Assembly (NCBI GenBank): GCA_051453625.1 | Contig: JBOZIK010000001.1 | Coordinates: 23,236,866 to 23,269,218 of the forward strand | Reading direction: 5' to 3' | Source of the DNA: Welwitschia mirabilis | Lineage: Eukaryota | DNA length: 32,353 nucleotides | In this document: positions 1-11,942 of the stretch, in pieces | Layout of the letters: each line of letters opens with the position of its first letter | How positions within the stretch are numbered: position 1 is the first letter of the stretch | Notes under the pieces: model-generated | Seen by the model: only the letters and a program-made list of their open reading frames with translations | Told to the model about the DNA's origin: nothing | Databases searched by the model: none | Translations under genes and position numbers: made by a program

Positions 1-7
1 TTACGGG

Positions 8-31
8 TTTTTTTTTTTTTTTTTTTTTTTT
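8..31. repeat. poly(T) homopolymer, 24 nt
   Basis: Run of T from 8 to 31 seen directly. Confidence 0.9.
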
Positions 32-59
32 GGGGGTACTCTCACAGTTTATGTTTTTA

Positions 60-2869
60 TGGTAAGAGTTAATTTCTAGATTGCCTAATATTCTTTCGAT
101 TTTTGGGGAGATTTTAATATGTTGGACTTTTTAGAAGGTAAATTGCATTGTGTTTTTGTCTTTTGAAGCTTTAAAATTTCTAGCTTTAACGACTTTAAAG
201 AGTAATTTTATTTAGTTCGCGAAGGTTTGCAAATTCATTCCACCCTTGCTCAAGCTTTTTTTTAACTTGGAGTAATAATAGGTGATTGCCCTATTCGATT
301 GTATTATCAAGTTTTTACTTTAAAAGAAGCAAAGGATTAGCTCAAAGTTTTATGGAGTGTTGAACTCATCATGCTCACGATTCCAATTGGTTAGCTTGGT
401 GGCATTGCACCAAATTTAGAATTAGGAATTATACACATCATTCCAAAAAAACAAAATTTGACTAAAGTTAATAATCATGAAGATCAAAATATTTTTTAAT
501 GGTTGGCTTTTGTCTCATCAAATCTAGCAAGATCCACTAAGTGTTCAAAGACTAGCCTTATTAGCTAATGCTCGAAAGCATTTGCAAGCCTAGGGCGTTT
601 AATTTGTCTCTAATCTTTTGATTAAAATATTTAAAATCAAATGATGGTGAAAATCAAGATCTCTTTTCTGCTAATTAATAATTCTTTGGTCTTTGAGCCA
701 AATGGTATTTTGAATTTTCCAATGGACAATTTTGCAACTATCTTTAGGCTAGATTTTTTTCAAATCCAAATTGATTTCATCAAAATGCAACTTGTGCCCT
801 ATAGTTATTAATTATCATTTAGGAAAAAAATATTAGTCTCATAGAATTAAAAGAAGCCTATTTTAGTTTAGCATAGATAAAAACAATGGTTTTCCAACTA
901 AATTTTATAAAAATCACTAATTCAAGAAGCCATTTACAAAGGCTTTTTAGGCACTCATATTAATCAAGGAGTTATTCAACTTTTTCTAAAATTTAGAGAT
1001 CCTCATCTTATTACTAATTAACATCGAGTTACCTTTCTTTGTGTTTCATACAAAATTTTGGTCAAATGGTTAGCTTTCATATTGAAATTAATGTTATCTA
1101 GTATTATCTGTAATGAATAATGTGGTTTTATCAAAGAGAAGTATATACAAATATATATAATAATACCGTTGTCGTATGGAAGGAAATATAATGGACAAAA
1201 GAATTTGGGTAAAATGTGATCTTTATAAGGCTTAATTATGCAACGACATAGGACAAAATTTAGTGGGGTCTTATTTTAGAATGTATAAAGTAATTAGGAT
1301 TCACTTAGAAATTTCTCCCTCATGTTGCTTATTTATTTAAAGATGTCAATGGATGTGTTGCTATTATACGTGGTATTTCACAGACTTTTAATGTTAAACA
1401 TTTAGTTTCATAAGGATGTCTGTTAGCTCCTTATTTATTTATTTGAGAAGCTAATATTTTATGCCATGTAACTTACATTGATGAGAGATCAAGTATAAGT
1501 AAGGGTGTTACAAATTCATAGTGATCCCTTATTAATATGCATTTTGTAGATGACTCTTCTTTTATTAGTCAACATGATAAAGAAATGATATCATCTATAC
1601 CACGTAAATAAATATTTCATGCTCCTAGGGTTTAAAATTGAAAGAAATCTTCTATTTTTTCTTTATTTGATAATTACTAGTGATTTTCTATTCGACCTTG
1701 GTCATTTATTCAACCTACACAATTTTGTGAAGTTTTACAAATTCCTTTTTAATTTGTCAGATCTCCCAATAATATTTGAAATGAATTTTAGTTAAAATCC
1801 AAAAGAAGGTACATAAATGTAAATCTAAGAATATTTCACTTTTAGGAAAATTCATGGTACATAAGTATGTTCAGACTTCTACTCATAGTTCTTATTTTTT
1901 TTACTAGACACTCTCTTAGTAAGCTTATAAAAAGATATAAGCTATATGTAACCAGCATTCAACACCAAAAAGGGGTTTTCTAGAGTGACCTAAATATTTT
2001 TTGTCTTCTAACAAAGATGAATGGACTTGATTTCATAGATAGTTTTAATTAGGCTCAAGCTTTATATAGTAGAAAGTTTTTGCAAGGAATTAATAAATAT
2101 GATTTTATTACTTTTTTAATTTTAAATTACATTAACTAATGTCTTTCCTAAACATTAGACTATTTGAAAAGGCATTCATCATTTGAATTTAATCGTCTTC
2201 CTACATAAAATTAAAATAAAAGGCATTCATGTTTTATAAAGCATCTGAAAGACATGAAAATTCATTCATCATCTTATAAATTGATAAGATAGTGCACTTT
2301 CTTCATTAATTCTTTAAGAATGAAATCCATGGTGATTTTCCTTATTTGATCATTCGCTAGCATATTATTCTCTTAAGTTATCCTTAGGATGGTTTCTAAA
2401 AGGCATTACTTTTTTATGTTGTCTTTGTTTTGAAGGGAAGTGAATCCAATGGATAGATTTTTAAAATTCATATGGCTTATCAACAACAATGTGTCTTACT
2501 TATTTCAAGCTAATGATTTTTTAAAGCATAATAGCTAGTTGATTATAATGGTAAATCTATGTGGAATTCTCTTAAGTGGACATATGAATTATATTTGTTA
2601 ATCTTTTAAGTTGAAAACTTTGCAACATTCTCAGCCTTTCTCAACTTCTTGCTCCTTAATGTAATTATCAATGAAATGTTAATGCTTTAGAATATATTTA
2701 AAAATCTTGGTTTTATTTAATTTGGAAATTGGTAACTATTCTTAAAGAATGTTCTTTGATATCTCTCACATCATGGGCTTTCTTTAGGACTTAATTTGCT
2801 TCATCAAGGATTTACTTCAATAGTTTCTCCATCATGTGACTTAAATGAAAGTCCTTTCCTTTTTTTTTA

Positions 2870-2906
<37 letters not shown>

Positions 2907-3490
2907 TTTATGAATTTAGATACGTTGCCCTAGTTTGGTTATCAGGGTCTCAATATCTATAAGGTTATAAGCCACATTGGAAAGAAATGTTCTTTAGTGA
3001 TGTGTGTGATCTACCTCTTATTCTATGAAAATGCATTTGTTCTATTATTTTGTGTCTAATGTAAAAACATCATTGTGAGCTAGTATTCCATTTAACCAAA
3101 AAAAAAAAAAAAGGAAAAATATCTAGTATATATTTCTTTTATACTAAGAAGGCCTATGTTCTTTATCATCTCTTTTTCAAATAAGATCGCAAGTAGAGAA
3201 GATACCATTTGGAGCTCATTACCTTCAACAATCTTTGGTACACTAGGTGGATGATCCTTTTTTTTTTCTATAGGCATTTACCTATTCGTATACACTTCAA
3301 TGTAGGTAAGCACCATTAATTATTCCTTTTTATTTTGAATATTGACTTTATATGTTTTGGTCTATAATCCTTTTTAGGATTTTATTCCTAGTTCTACCTT
3401 TCTAATCTACAAATGCCATTTATCTTGTATGTAAATATAACTTTTTTGATATTAATATAAAGCTTTTTATTTGGGGTCTAAGACCCTCCT
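60..3490 (+). mobile_element. Degenerate non-LTR retrotransposon (LINE) ORF2 relic: APE endonuclease, RT, C-terminal region and 3' tail
   Basis: Motifs in the correct order across stops/frameshifts: WGDFNM (~104-121), FLTWSNNR (~259-282), DCPI (~284, SDHxP), NGFPTKFYK (~885, PGPDGF), VTFLCVSYKILVKWLA (~1030-1076, RPITLLNVSYKILAK), CGFIKEKYI (~1121), DKI*WG (~1252, DKVEW), S*GCLLAPYLFI (~1407-1443, RQGCPLAPYLF), HFVDDS (~1540, YADD), KIQKKVHKCKSKNISLLGK (~1795), KKGFSRV (~1967). Ends approximate. Confidence 0.85.
2873..2900. repeat. (AT)14 microsatellite
   Basis: Perfect AT dinucleotide run inside the LINE relic. Confidence 0.95.
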
Positions 3491-3655
3491 TGTTGATATG
3501 TAAATCCAAATTTATATTTTTAATATTTTAACATTATATTTTAATATTTTTTCATTAGGGTTTCTACGTTCATGTTTCTATGTAAATCCTTACGTAGTAT
3601 TTATTTTACTTACTATTTTGTTTCCTTTAGCACATTCTTTCTTGATGAATTTGTA
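3491..3655 (+). repeat. 5' LTR of the copia element, internally deleted
   Basis: Starts TGTTGATATG. The first 58 nt align without gaps to 7852-7909 (12 mismatches by hand count). A second block 3553-3655 matches ~8144-8232. Confidence 0.75.
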
Positions 3656-3657
3656 AG

Positions 3658-3671
3658 TAGTATTATTAGAG
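3658..3671 (+). promoter_or_regulatory. Decayed primer-binding site (tRNA-iMet type)
   Basis: TAGTATTATTAGAG lies immediately after the end of LTR homology. It derives from canonical TGGTATCAGAG by G>A, C>T and a TAT duplication. Confidence 0.5.
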
Positions 3672-3799
3672 AATTATTATAGATTAAATTACTAGGGTTT
3701 CTTATTTACGGATAATTCCATAATATTTAATGATACTTTCACAAGCCAGTGATTGAAGTAAGCCGAGGGGAGAAAGTAAAATGAAGGAGAGCAAGTGCT

Positions 3800-6700
3800 T
3801 GATAAATTTTGTTTGGGATAAAATGGAAAAATTACAAACAACTAATAGATTAATAGGATTCAAAAACTTGAATGTTTAGAGAATTATAATGTAAGATTCG
3901 CTATAATAGAAGGGTCGCATAATCACATTAAAAACCAATGATCAAGTAAAGACAAAATCTAGGATTTCGAATATTGACTAACTAAAGCATATGCCTAATG
4001 AAAATTGGAATGAAACAAATCTTGATTTCCTATTTCATATTAGGCTACCTTTGAGTACTAATGTTTTGAAGACACATTAAAAAAATAACCATGGCTTATG
4101 AGATGTGGCAAAAATTAAAGGAGCGATATGACTAGTCATCTATGATCAATAAGTTCATTGTTTTAAGTTAAGGTTTTAAAACAAAGCTGAAGGAAGGTAT
4201 AAAGTTTTTAAATCATTTAAATAAGATGTAGCATATATTTTTGTAAATAGATGACCTATGCATGCAGATATAGTTTCTAAAAGAATTTCATACTATTACT
4301 ATTTTAACCTCTTTGACTTCTTGTTGAGGATTTATCATAATCTCCATTCTCACCTTTACTGGTAAAATTAGCATGACTCTTACTGATCCCATTTCCACCT
4401 ACTAGATGTGGAAACGGGAAATATAATGGAAACGAATGGTAATGATACTCAAGATGAAGCTCTTCTAGATAATAGATGACATTCTCAAAATAGAAGAGAT
4501 TGTGGTTGTAACAAGAATAGAGCTAGACCTTAGGGAAAAGACATTATTCACTATTACTATAAGAAGAAAGAACATTTGAGTAGAGACTATTAGAAGCTCA
4601 AAAAAAAAAAAAAAAAAACATAGATGTAAGAGTGAATAGAAGGAGAAATCTTCTTGTTCTATCCTAATTTGAAATGGATAAGTTGATGTTACTTGTTTAT
4701 AAAGAAAGGTGATGTTAAATTTCTAATTACTTTGTTCCTAAAGTTTGGATAATAGATTTAGATGCATCTTTTTATGTCTATTCATACAAGGCTATCTTCT
4801 TTGCATAGGAACCTACCATAGATGATTCATGTTTTTGGTTAGACTATGATTGTAATTATAAACTTAGAGTAAGAGGAATGGTAACCTCAAGGAGGTAAAA
4901 TAATTAAAAGCTTACCTTGACCAACGTAAGACCTTCTATACGTTTACTAAGGAATCTAATTTCTATAGGACAATTAGTTGATCATGATTTGAATATCACT
5001 TTTAATAGCATATCTTGGAAAATTAGGAAGGAATCTTTGGTAATAACTTATGATAGTAAAGAATGGGTCATGTTTTTTCTACATTCTATTGATACTACTA
5101 GTTCTACATGCATTGTAAATGAAGAAGAAGCTACTAGAATCTAGCATAAGAGTCTAGGACACTTAAGTGAAAAAGGGGTGCAAGTACTATTTTCTAAAGG
5201 TTTTTTACCTACATTTGCTACCTCTTACAAATTATAATCTAATCATGTGATTAGTTTAAAAAAGATTTAATTTTAAAAGGATTTGTAAATGTTTTACAAT
5301 TCATAGATTAAAGTTGTTTTACTTTGACTTGATTTATTCCATTTAACATACTTCATTAGAAGGCTTTATATATTAAATTACATTTCTTAATGACTCTTTA
5401 AGAAAATTGGGGCTAGATCCTTTAAAATTAAAATATGAAGCCTTTTAGACCTTTAAAAGTTTCAAGGTTAAAGTGAAGAATAAAACTAATTATAAGATTA
5501 AGAGGTTATTGGGTAATAATGGAGGTGAGCACATGTCTAAGGAGATTTAAATTTTCAATGAGAATAAAAAATCATTCATTTCAAGGGATCTCTTAGAACT
5601 CGACAACAAAATGGATTTTTTAATAGGTAGGAAAAAATCATAATGAAGAGAGTTATAACAGTTCTTGCACATTTTAGATTACCTAAGTATTTTTAGGCTG
5701 AGTTTGGAATAATGACTGATACCAAAATGCCAGTGTAGTGAGAGCTTTGTTTCTTACTCACACATTAGAGCAACTAAATATTACACTATTTTTATTTAAT
5801 AAAACCCTTCAAAGCTAGAAGAATAAAATAGAAAATGTGTATTTCTTGATTATAATGGCAATAACCATAGTTACAAACTATGAAATCCTATAACAAATAA
5901 GTTAATTAGATCACATGATCTAATCATTAAAGATAATGTTATGTTTTATAAATCATAGGAAACAAATTAGAAACAAGAGTATTTTTTATTTTGGCATCAT
6001 TTTTAAGTCTATCAACATTTCAAGTCAAGCTAAAAAAGATTATATTATGGATAAAAACTCTCAAAGTAATTCCTTTAATGAAGAAGAAGAAGAAGCAAAA
6101 CAAGAGGATGAATTTATATATGGATTTGAACTAGAAGACTAAATATAAAACTTCTAGATTGTATATCATTAGGTTAGCCATTCTATAAGGCCTAATAGAT
6201 CTCCTTCTAGATATTCTTTATCTTTAAATTAAATTTTATACACAAACATAAGTAAAGTAAAATGTTATTAAAAGATGTATTTGATTATGAAGATTAAAAA
6301 AAAAAAAAATGCTAGAATCCATGAGTGAAATAATAGAATCTTTTAAATGAAATCACATTTAAACCGTATTACTTTACCACCCAGAAAGAAGGCATTGAAG
6401 TATAAGTGAATTTTTAGGTTAAAACAAAAGACTAATGAAGAGAAGCATCATAGGATCAAAATGGTTGTAAAAGGATTTAGACAAAAGAAAGAAATTGATT
6501 TTAATGAGATTTTATCTCATATTAATGTAAATTCTATGGATCTCAAATTATAATATTTGCTTATCAAAGATTCTTTCTAGCATGGTAACTTACAAGAAGA
6601 AATTTATATGACACAATCGAAAGGTTTTAAAAATGACAAAAACCATTTATGCAAGCTTAAAAAAAGCATGTATAGTTTAAAATCAGAACCTAGACAATGG

Positions 6701-7763
6701 TACAATAAGTTTAGAACTTTTATATTAGATTAAGGACATAGCAGATATAAGGTAGATCACTACATTTATTTATTAAAAATCATAACTCATAAGACTATTA
6801 TTATTTTATTGTATGTGAATGGTGTGTTAATAACAACAATGATCCACATGAAATCAGTGAACTAAAATCATAAATGACAAAGAATTTTTCTATTGAAAAT
6901 AGTAGATCAAAAAATTAAATTCTTGAAATAAGGATTAAATGAAACAAAAAGAATGAGAAACCATGACTGATTCAAGGTGACTACATTAGTAAGATCTTAA
7001 ATAGGTTTAACGTGTTAGATTCCTCTCTCATTTCTACTCCCTCGTTAGTAAATTTTAAATAATTAAAAGAAAGTATCCTACCTTTAGTTCAAATAGAAAA
7101 ATATGTTTGATGTACCTTATACTTTTGTAATAAGTAGTTACATGTATGTCATGGCATGTACTAAAGTAGACATTATCCATGTAGCTAGAGTTTCTTTCTA
7201 TTATATGGGTAATTATGGAAGGACATACTAAGAAGTAGTCAAATGGAGTATGTGATATTCAAGGGCATTTCAAATCACTTTGTATTATTTAGAGGTGTGG
7301 ATTTGAAGGTTCTTAACTCTTAGATGTAAAATCTATAGGGTGTGAAAATACTAGAAAATCAACTACTAGTTATGTTTGGAGGTGGTGCAGTTAGCTATAT
7401 GTGACATTTTCAAAGTGATGTCTTCTTGTCCATCATAAAGGTTTAATGCATTTATTTAATAAAAGTATCCAATAAGATGATTTAGTTAAGGTGCAATCTC
7501 AAGTTCTTTGATCTTTCTTAAACTAGATACATAGTTTGTTGTAATAGTTAAAGTGCAATTATTTAGTAAAGAATGCAACATTTCATGCTCACACAAATTA
7601 TATAAATGTAAATTATCACTTATATTAAGATGTGATGATGAAGGAAAAAATTCATCTTATCAAGGTTAGAATAGAAAACCAATTGGTTAATTTCTTAACA
7701 AAGATTGTAAAGGGTTGCAAGCATAACACTTACATGGAAGATGCTAGAATTTTAAACCTCTAA
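3800..7763 (+). pseudogene. copia gag-pol polyprotein pseudogene
   Basis: Motifs as listed for the element, with many stops and frameshifts. ORF-track ORFs 4917-5144 and 5936-6142 are fragments of it. Confidence 0.9.
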
Positions 7764-7837
7764 TACAAAGGCTTTAAACAACAATGCATCTTTTGAGTTG
7801 CACAAGGAGTTTTTCTTGAATACATGGCAAATTTATC

Positions 7838-7851
7838 TTCAACTGGGACAG
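7838..7851 (+). promoter_or_regulatory. Decayed polypurine tract
   Basis: TTCAACTGGGACAG directly before the 3' LTR resembles the CAAGTGGGAGA-type PPT of Tnt1-like elements. Confidence 0.55.
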
Positions 7852-8232
7852 TTTTGATATGTGAACTTAAATTTTTATTTTGAATGTTGTATTATTATAT
7901 TTTAACATTAATCTTATTTGTAATGCTATAAACAAAAGCTAGGTGGTTAATTTCTTTGGAGTACTTTATTTAATTTTATTAAAAAAAGGGGATGGGGTGT
8001 TAAAAAGTGAAAAGGAGAAAAATTTGTTGTCTTAAGATCCTAACCTATTTAAAATTTACTGAAGGATTATTTCATAACTTGTTATGTTGATTTCATGCCT
8101 TGAATAAAATAAGAACTCTACACTACCTTCCTGTGATTTTTATTGTTAAGGTTTCCACATAAATTATTATGTATTCTTTATGTTGCTTCTTTTTCTATTT
8201 TCTTTAGTGCATTATTGCTTGATAAACTGATA
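7852..8232 (+). repeat. 3' LTR of the copia element
   Basis: Homologous to 3491-3655 at both ends. Contains a TATA-like CCTATTTAAA (~8044) and AATAAA (8103). Confidence 0.75.
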
Positions 8233-8299
8233 AAAATCTCCTCCCTTAATTTAATTATGTCAAAGGCTTTATAGTATGCAAATTAGATCATCCAAAAAG

Positions 8300-8450
8300 T
8301 TCAAACCCATGATTTCCTAAATGAAGGACAATTGTCCCACTAGTTGAAAGGATTGAATGTTCTTTATCTGCAATGGCTTCAATTAAACATAACCTACATG
8401 TTTGTTGCTCACTTGAAATATTCTTCCATCTTCTAATTCAAATTTAAAGA
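8300..8450 (-). mobile_element. RTE-like LINE C-terminal cysteine-motif fragment
   Basis: Minus strand reads L*I*IRRWKNISSEQQTCRLCLIEAIADKEH, matching the recalled LxIETGRW...ERxCxxC...EDExH pattern at the C-terminus of RTE-type non-LTR ORFs. Confidence 0.6.
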
Positions 8451-8499
8451 TAATAACTTTTGAATCTTACTCTACTAACTAATCCTTTAATTTTAGCTA

Positions 8500-10395
8500 G
8501 AATTATAACATTTAAATAATAGATATATTTAATATAATTTCCTCCTCTAATCTTATAATAATGGAATTTTCTTTCTATACCTAGATTAAAAGAGACTTGT
8601 TGCACCATATTTCCTATTTGGTTTACATTATTTTCAAAATAGAAACATATACATTTCATTTCTATAAACATTTTTTTACCGTTAAAAAATCCATCGATTA
8701 ACTTATGTGAATAAGTATTGTAAGAACTTTGGATGTTGCATGAACTAGCATAAATGTCTTTTTTTAAAACTATAAAAATAATGTAAAAGATTATGTTTTC
8801 TAGAAGAATTAGAAAATTTTAGATAAAAAATCTTTAATATATAAGGAATGCCATTTTCTTTTGAAGCTAAATGTAAGGAGCTATGGAATTAAACTATTAC
8901 TAAAGTAGAAAACAAGTTGAATAAGTGGAAAGATAAGAAACTTACTAGAAAAGTTTTAATAATAAACTATATATTCTAGATGTCACATGTTTATTCTTTC
9001 TAGGTTTCTAATAAATCCTTCTATGAAAAAATGGATTAACTTATTTGAAATTTTATTTAGTATGGCTATCAAATTAAGAAAGGTTTTTCTAAAGTTTCTT
9101 GGGAAATTTGCATTCTAAGTAAAGAAAAAGGGTTTTTGCCTTATTAATTATCATAATTGGGAAATTTTTTATGCTTTAAAGGGATAATGAAGTATTTGGA
9201 CAATAGTAAAGATTAAATCATTCTTATTAAAAATAGAAGTAACCAAGGAAAACCTAAAAATTTAAGCATCTAACATGATAATGGTCTATTTCATTGTTTG
9301 TTTTTTCCAAGGCTATTTCTATTTCAAGATTTTGCATTTTAAAACATATTTTAAATGCTTAAAGTGTTATCAATGATTATTGAAAATATGAATGAATTAA
9401 GGCTTTAAAATTAATGTTTTAATAATTGATTCCTCTTGCTTTCATTTAATGTGACTTAGCACAAATTAGGTATTATTGTGATTTTTTGTCTTTGGTTCCA
9501 TGGAAGATGGTTAACGTGAATAGAAACACTCAAACTTTATGGTCTTGATAAAGCTCAAAAAAAGTAAAAAGCAAAAAATTTTGTAAAAGCTTATGAAGGA
9601 ATCAAATAAAATCTTTGAATTGGATAATAATTTGTGGTAAGAATAATTAGATATTTATTTGATAAGTGGAAGATCTATTTTTCCTTTCAAGATAAAGATC
9701 ACCTATGATTTTCTTAATAAAATAAAAATATTCATAAGAGGATGGAATATTTACTCACTCCTACTTATGAAAGTAAAGAATAAAAAAAAATTCAGAAATG
9801 TTTAATATTTTTAAAAATTCATATTTTTTATTTTGCTTGATTCATTGGGGCTTGCTTNNNNNNNNNNNNTTACAACATTTAGGGTTTTCTTCTCTAAAAT
9901 ATCCTTTTTGTAATGCTAAATATTCATTTAAGCATGTTTTCTTTGATTATAGAGTTTCTTAAAATGAATGAAACCAGACTTCTACGTTTTATGATAATTT
10001 CCAATCAATAATTACACATATCATTTTTGAAGACACACTTTCTAATTCCTTTTTAATCTATCCTTAACCTTTAGTTCTGCACAACATTGGAAAGCTTTAG
10101 TAAAAGAATATGTTTTAGCTTCTTGAGTATTGTTAGATAAATATTAGATCTTATAGAATGTAGCTTTTTAAGTGGAGGTTCAATCTTAACACTTCACATA
10201 AATGGAAAGCAANNNNNNNNNNNNNNNNNNNNNNNNNNNNNNNNNNNNNNNNNNNNNNNNNNNNNCTTACTATTCCTAGATCATTTTCTTATGTATTAGT
10301 GGATTTATTTATCAGTCCACTTATGTATATTGATAGTTTTTACTTTTAATAAAATAATCTTTTGGGTCCAACATTCTCTTCCACTCTTAATATAA
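8500..10395 (+). mobile_element. Second degenerate LINE, 5'-truncated (RT and C-terminus), related to the first
   Basis: LVAPYFLF (~8595), GMPFSF...LWN*TITKVENKLNKWKDKKLT (~8844-8946), KKGFSKVSWEICILSKEKG (~9075-9132). The 3' end (~10320-10395) resembles the first LINE's tail. Confidence 0.75.
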
Positions 10396-10419
10396 ATAGT
10401 AGAATAAATTTTTTAATAT

Positions 10420-10900
10420 GCTAAAGCACATAATCTTGAAGTTATAAGAGCATGATCTTGTTGAATTTTAAATATGCTATTTTTTCTTCTTCACAAGGAT
10501 ACTTTTTGATATAGACTAATAAGATCTAGGCTTGATAAAACTCTTTATGAATGTTATCTTTAATATTTTTAGTTATCTTTAAAAATTAAAAATAAAAATT
10601 TTTATTTGATTAAGAACATGGTGATAAGTAAATGGTAGAGCAGGAGGTACTTATTAATTATTTATAAAGCTTAAAGATTAGGTTCATATTTGAGATAAGA
10701 AAGAATTAGCTCTCAATCTTAAGGGAGGTTTGGATTATAGTGATCTTTTATGGCTTGAAAATATAGTTAAGAAGAAAATCAACAATTAAAAAGGGAAATG
10801 AAGTTCATTAAAATGGTAACTAGAGGCCTTAATGTAATAAAGAATGTGGGAAAGATATTAAATTTATTAAGAATTATATACAAAATTACGCTTAAGAGGA
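10420..10900 (+). mobile_element. L1-type LINE endonuclease C-terminal fragment
   Basis: HDLVEF (~10451), RLIRSRLDK (~10512-10540, SRLDR) and IRFIFE (~10677, PFRFE) in the expected order. Confidence 0.45.
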
Positions 10901-11399
10901 AAATTTAAGATGTAATAAATTTTATTTTGTCTAATTATTTATTTATTTACTTCTTTTTCTTTCCCTTTTGGGAGAAGGTTAGAAGTAAAATAATTTATCA
11001 TGAACTTCAAGTTCATAGGTAAAAGCTTATGATAGTCTTATATAAGACATAAAATAGGAATGAAGAAGAATGCAACTTCTTTTACTCAAATAGAAAACTT
11101 TTAATAGTACTTCATAATATGGAATGAAAAAAGGAGATTATAATAATAACATATTGAACTAATTTTTTAAGATGATAACTTCACAAATTTTTATTTCAAA
11201 TGGCCAATTATTATTAATTTTCTATATCAATTGAAATGAAAGAGTTGTTTAATAACATATTGATGATGTACGCATATGGTATGGTAATGATAATGTACTA
11301 GCTATTAAATTTGAAATGATAGAAGAATTTAATACACACATCTAAAAGGTATAGTAACATCAAAAGGATATTTAGACAACACTCCTAATAAAACATGTA

Positions 11400-11942
11400 G
11401 CATGTTAACATGATTGCTATAGTAATTGTTAACTTAGTTAACAAAACATGAATCATAGTGTTTAATTTTTTATCTAAAAGATAAAACATTTTATATAGGC
11501 ATAATATGATTTCAATATGAAGATCATGTATTCATAAATATTTGACATAGTAAGACAAAGATAATCAATTGGTAAAGAAGAAGTGTGATGAAATACTTAA
11601 ATCCACATGATTCTAAGTGGTTCATTATTCAGGAATTACCTACATAATGTCAAACTAGAAATATTATGTGTAATAATAATTAACAAATTATTATGTGTAA
11701 TAATAATTAACAAATTAATTAAGTATTTATATCAAACCTTTGATGCACTATAAGGTTTGATTTTCCTTCTTTTACTTCTTATAAGTACTACTCATGAAAT
11801 AACCTAAAGCTTCAAATTTTTATTTAAACATATTATGAAACACTTCCACATCTATTTCCAAATAAGTATAAAAATATAACATTGAAGTATCCTTGCTCTA
11901 AATTCAAATATGATATTAGATCATTCTTATTTCAATTTCTAA
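11400..11942. repeat. Dispersed direct repeat, copy 1
   Basis: Shares blocks with 15058-15461: TATAGTAATT(G/A)TTAACTTA, CAATTGG..AGAAGAAGTGTG, CTAGAAATATTAT, ACTTCCACAT, AAAATATAACATTG, TCTTA(T/C)TTCAA(T/A)TTCTAA. Carries an extra ~95 bp segment. Confidence 0.85.
11664..11717. repeat. Perfect 27 bp tandem duplication
   Basis: TTATGTGTAATAATAATTAACAAATTA x2. Confidence 0.95.

Larger units (their letters stand above)
3491..8237 (+). mobile_element. Full-length but dead Ty1/copia LTR retrotransposon (Tnt1-like)
   Basis: gag-PR-INT-RT-RH order between two related LTRs: MWQKLKERY (~4103), decayed zinc knuckle HYYYKKKEHLSRDY (~4550), WIIDLDASF (~4746, DSGAS), NLISIGQL (ORF 4917-5144), HKSLGHLSEKG (~5144), KIKRLLGNNGGEH (~5493), QQNG (~5603), KMVVKGFRQKKEIDFNEI (~6458), HGNLQEEIYMTQ (~6581), LCKLKKSMYSLKSEPRQWY (~6647), LLYVNG (~6806, YVDD), FHAHTNYINVNYH (~7581), NQLVNFLTK (~7677). 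Confidence 0.93.

Noticed and set aside
3731..3760. Alternative 5' LTR end/PBS at TTTCACAAGCC
   Set aside because: LTR-LTR homology stops at ~3655, and a better PBS relic follows there.
4601..4618. Poly(A) runs (also 3097-3112 and ~6295-6309) as retro-insertion tails
   Set aside because: They lie within A-rich TE coding relics with no TSD or upstream SINE body, so slippage expansion is more likely.
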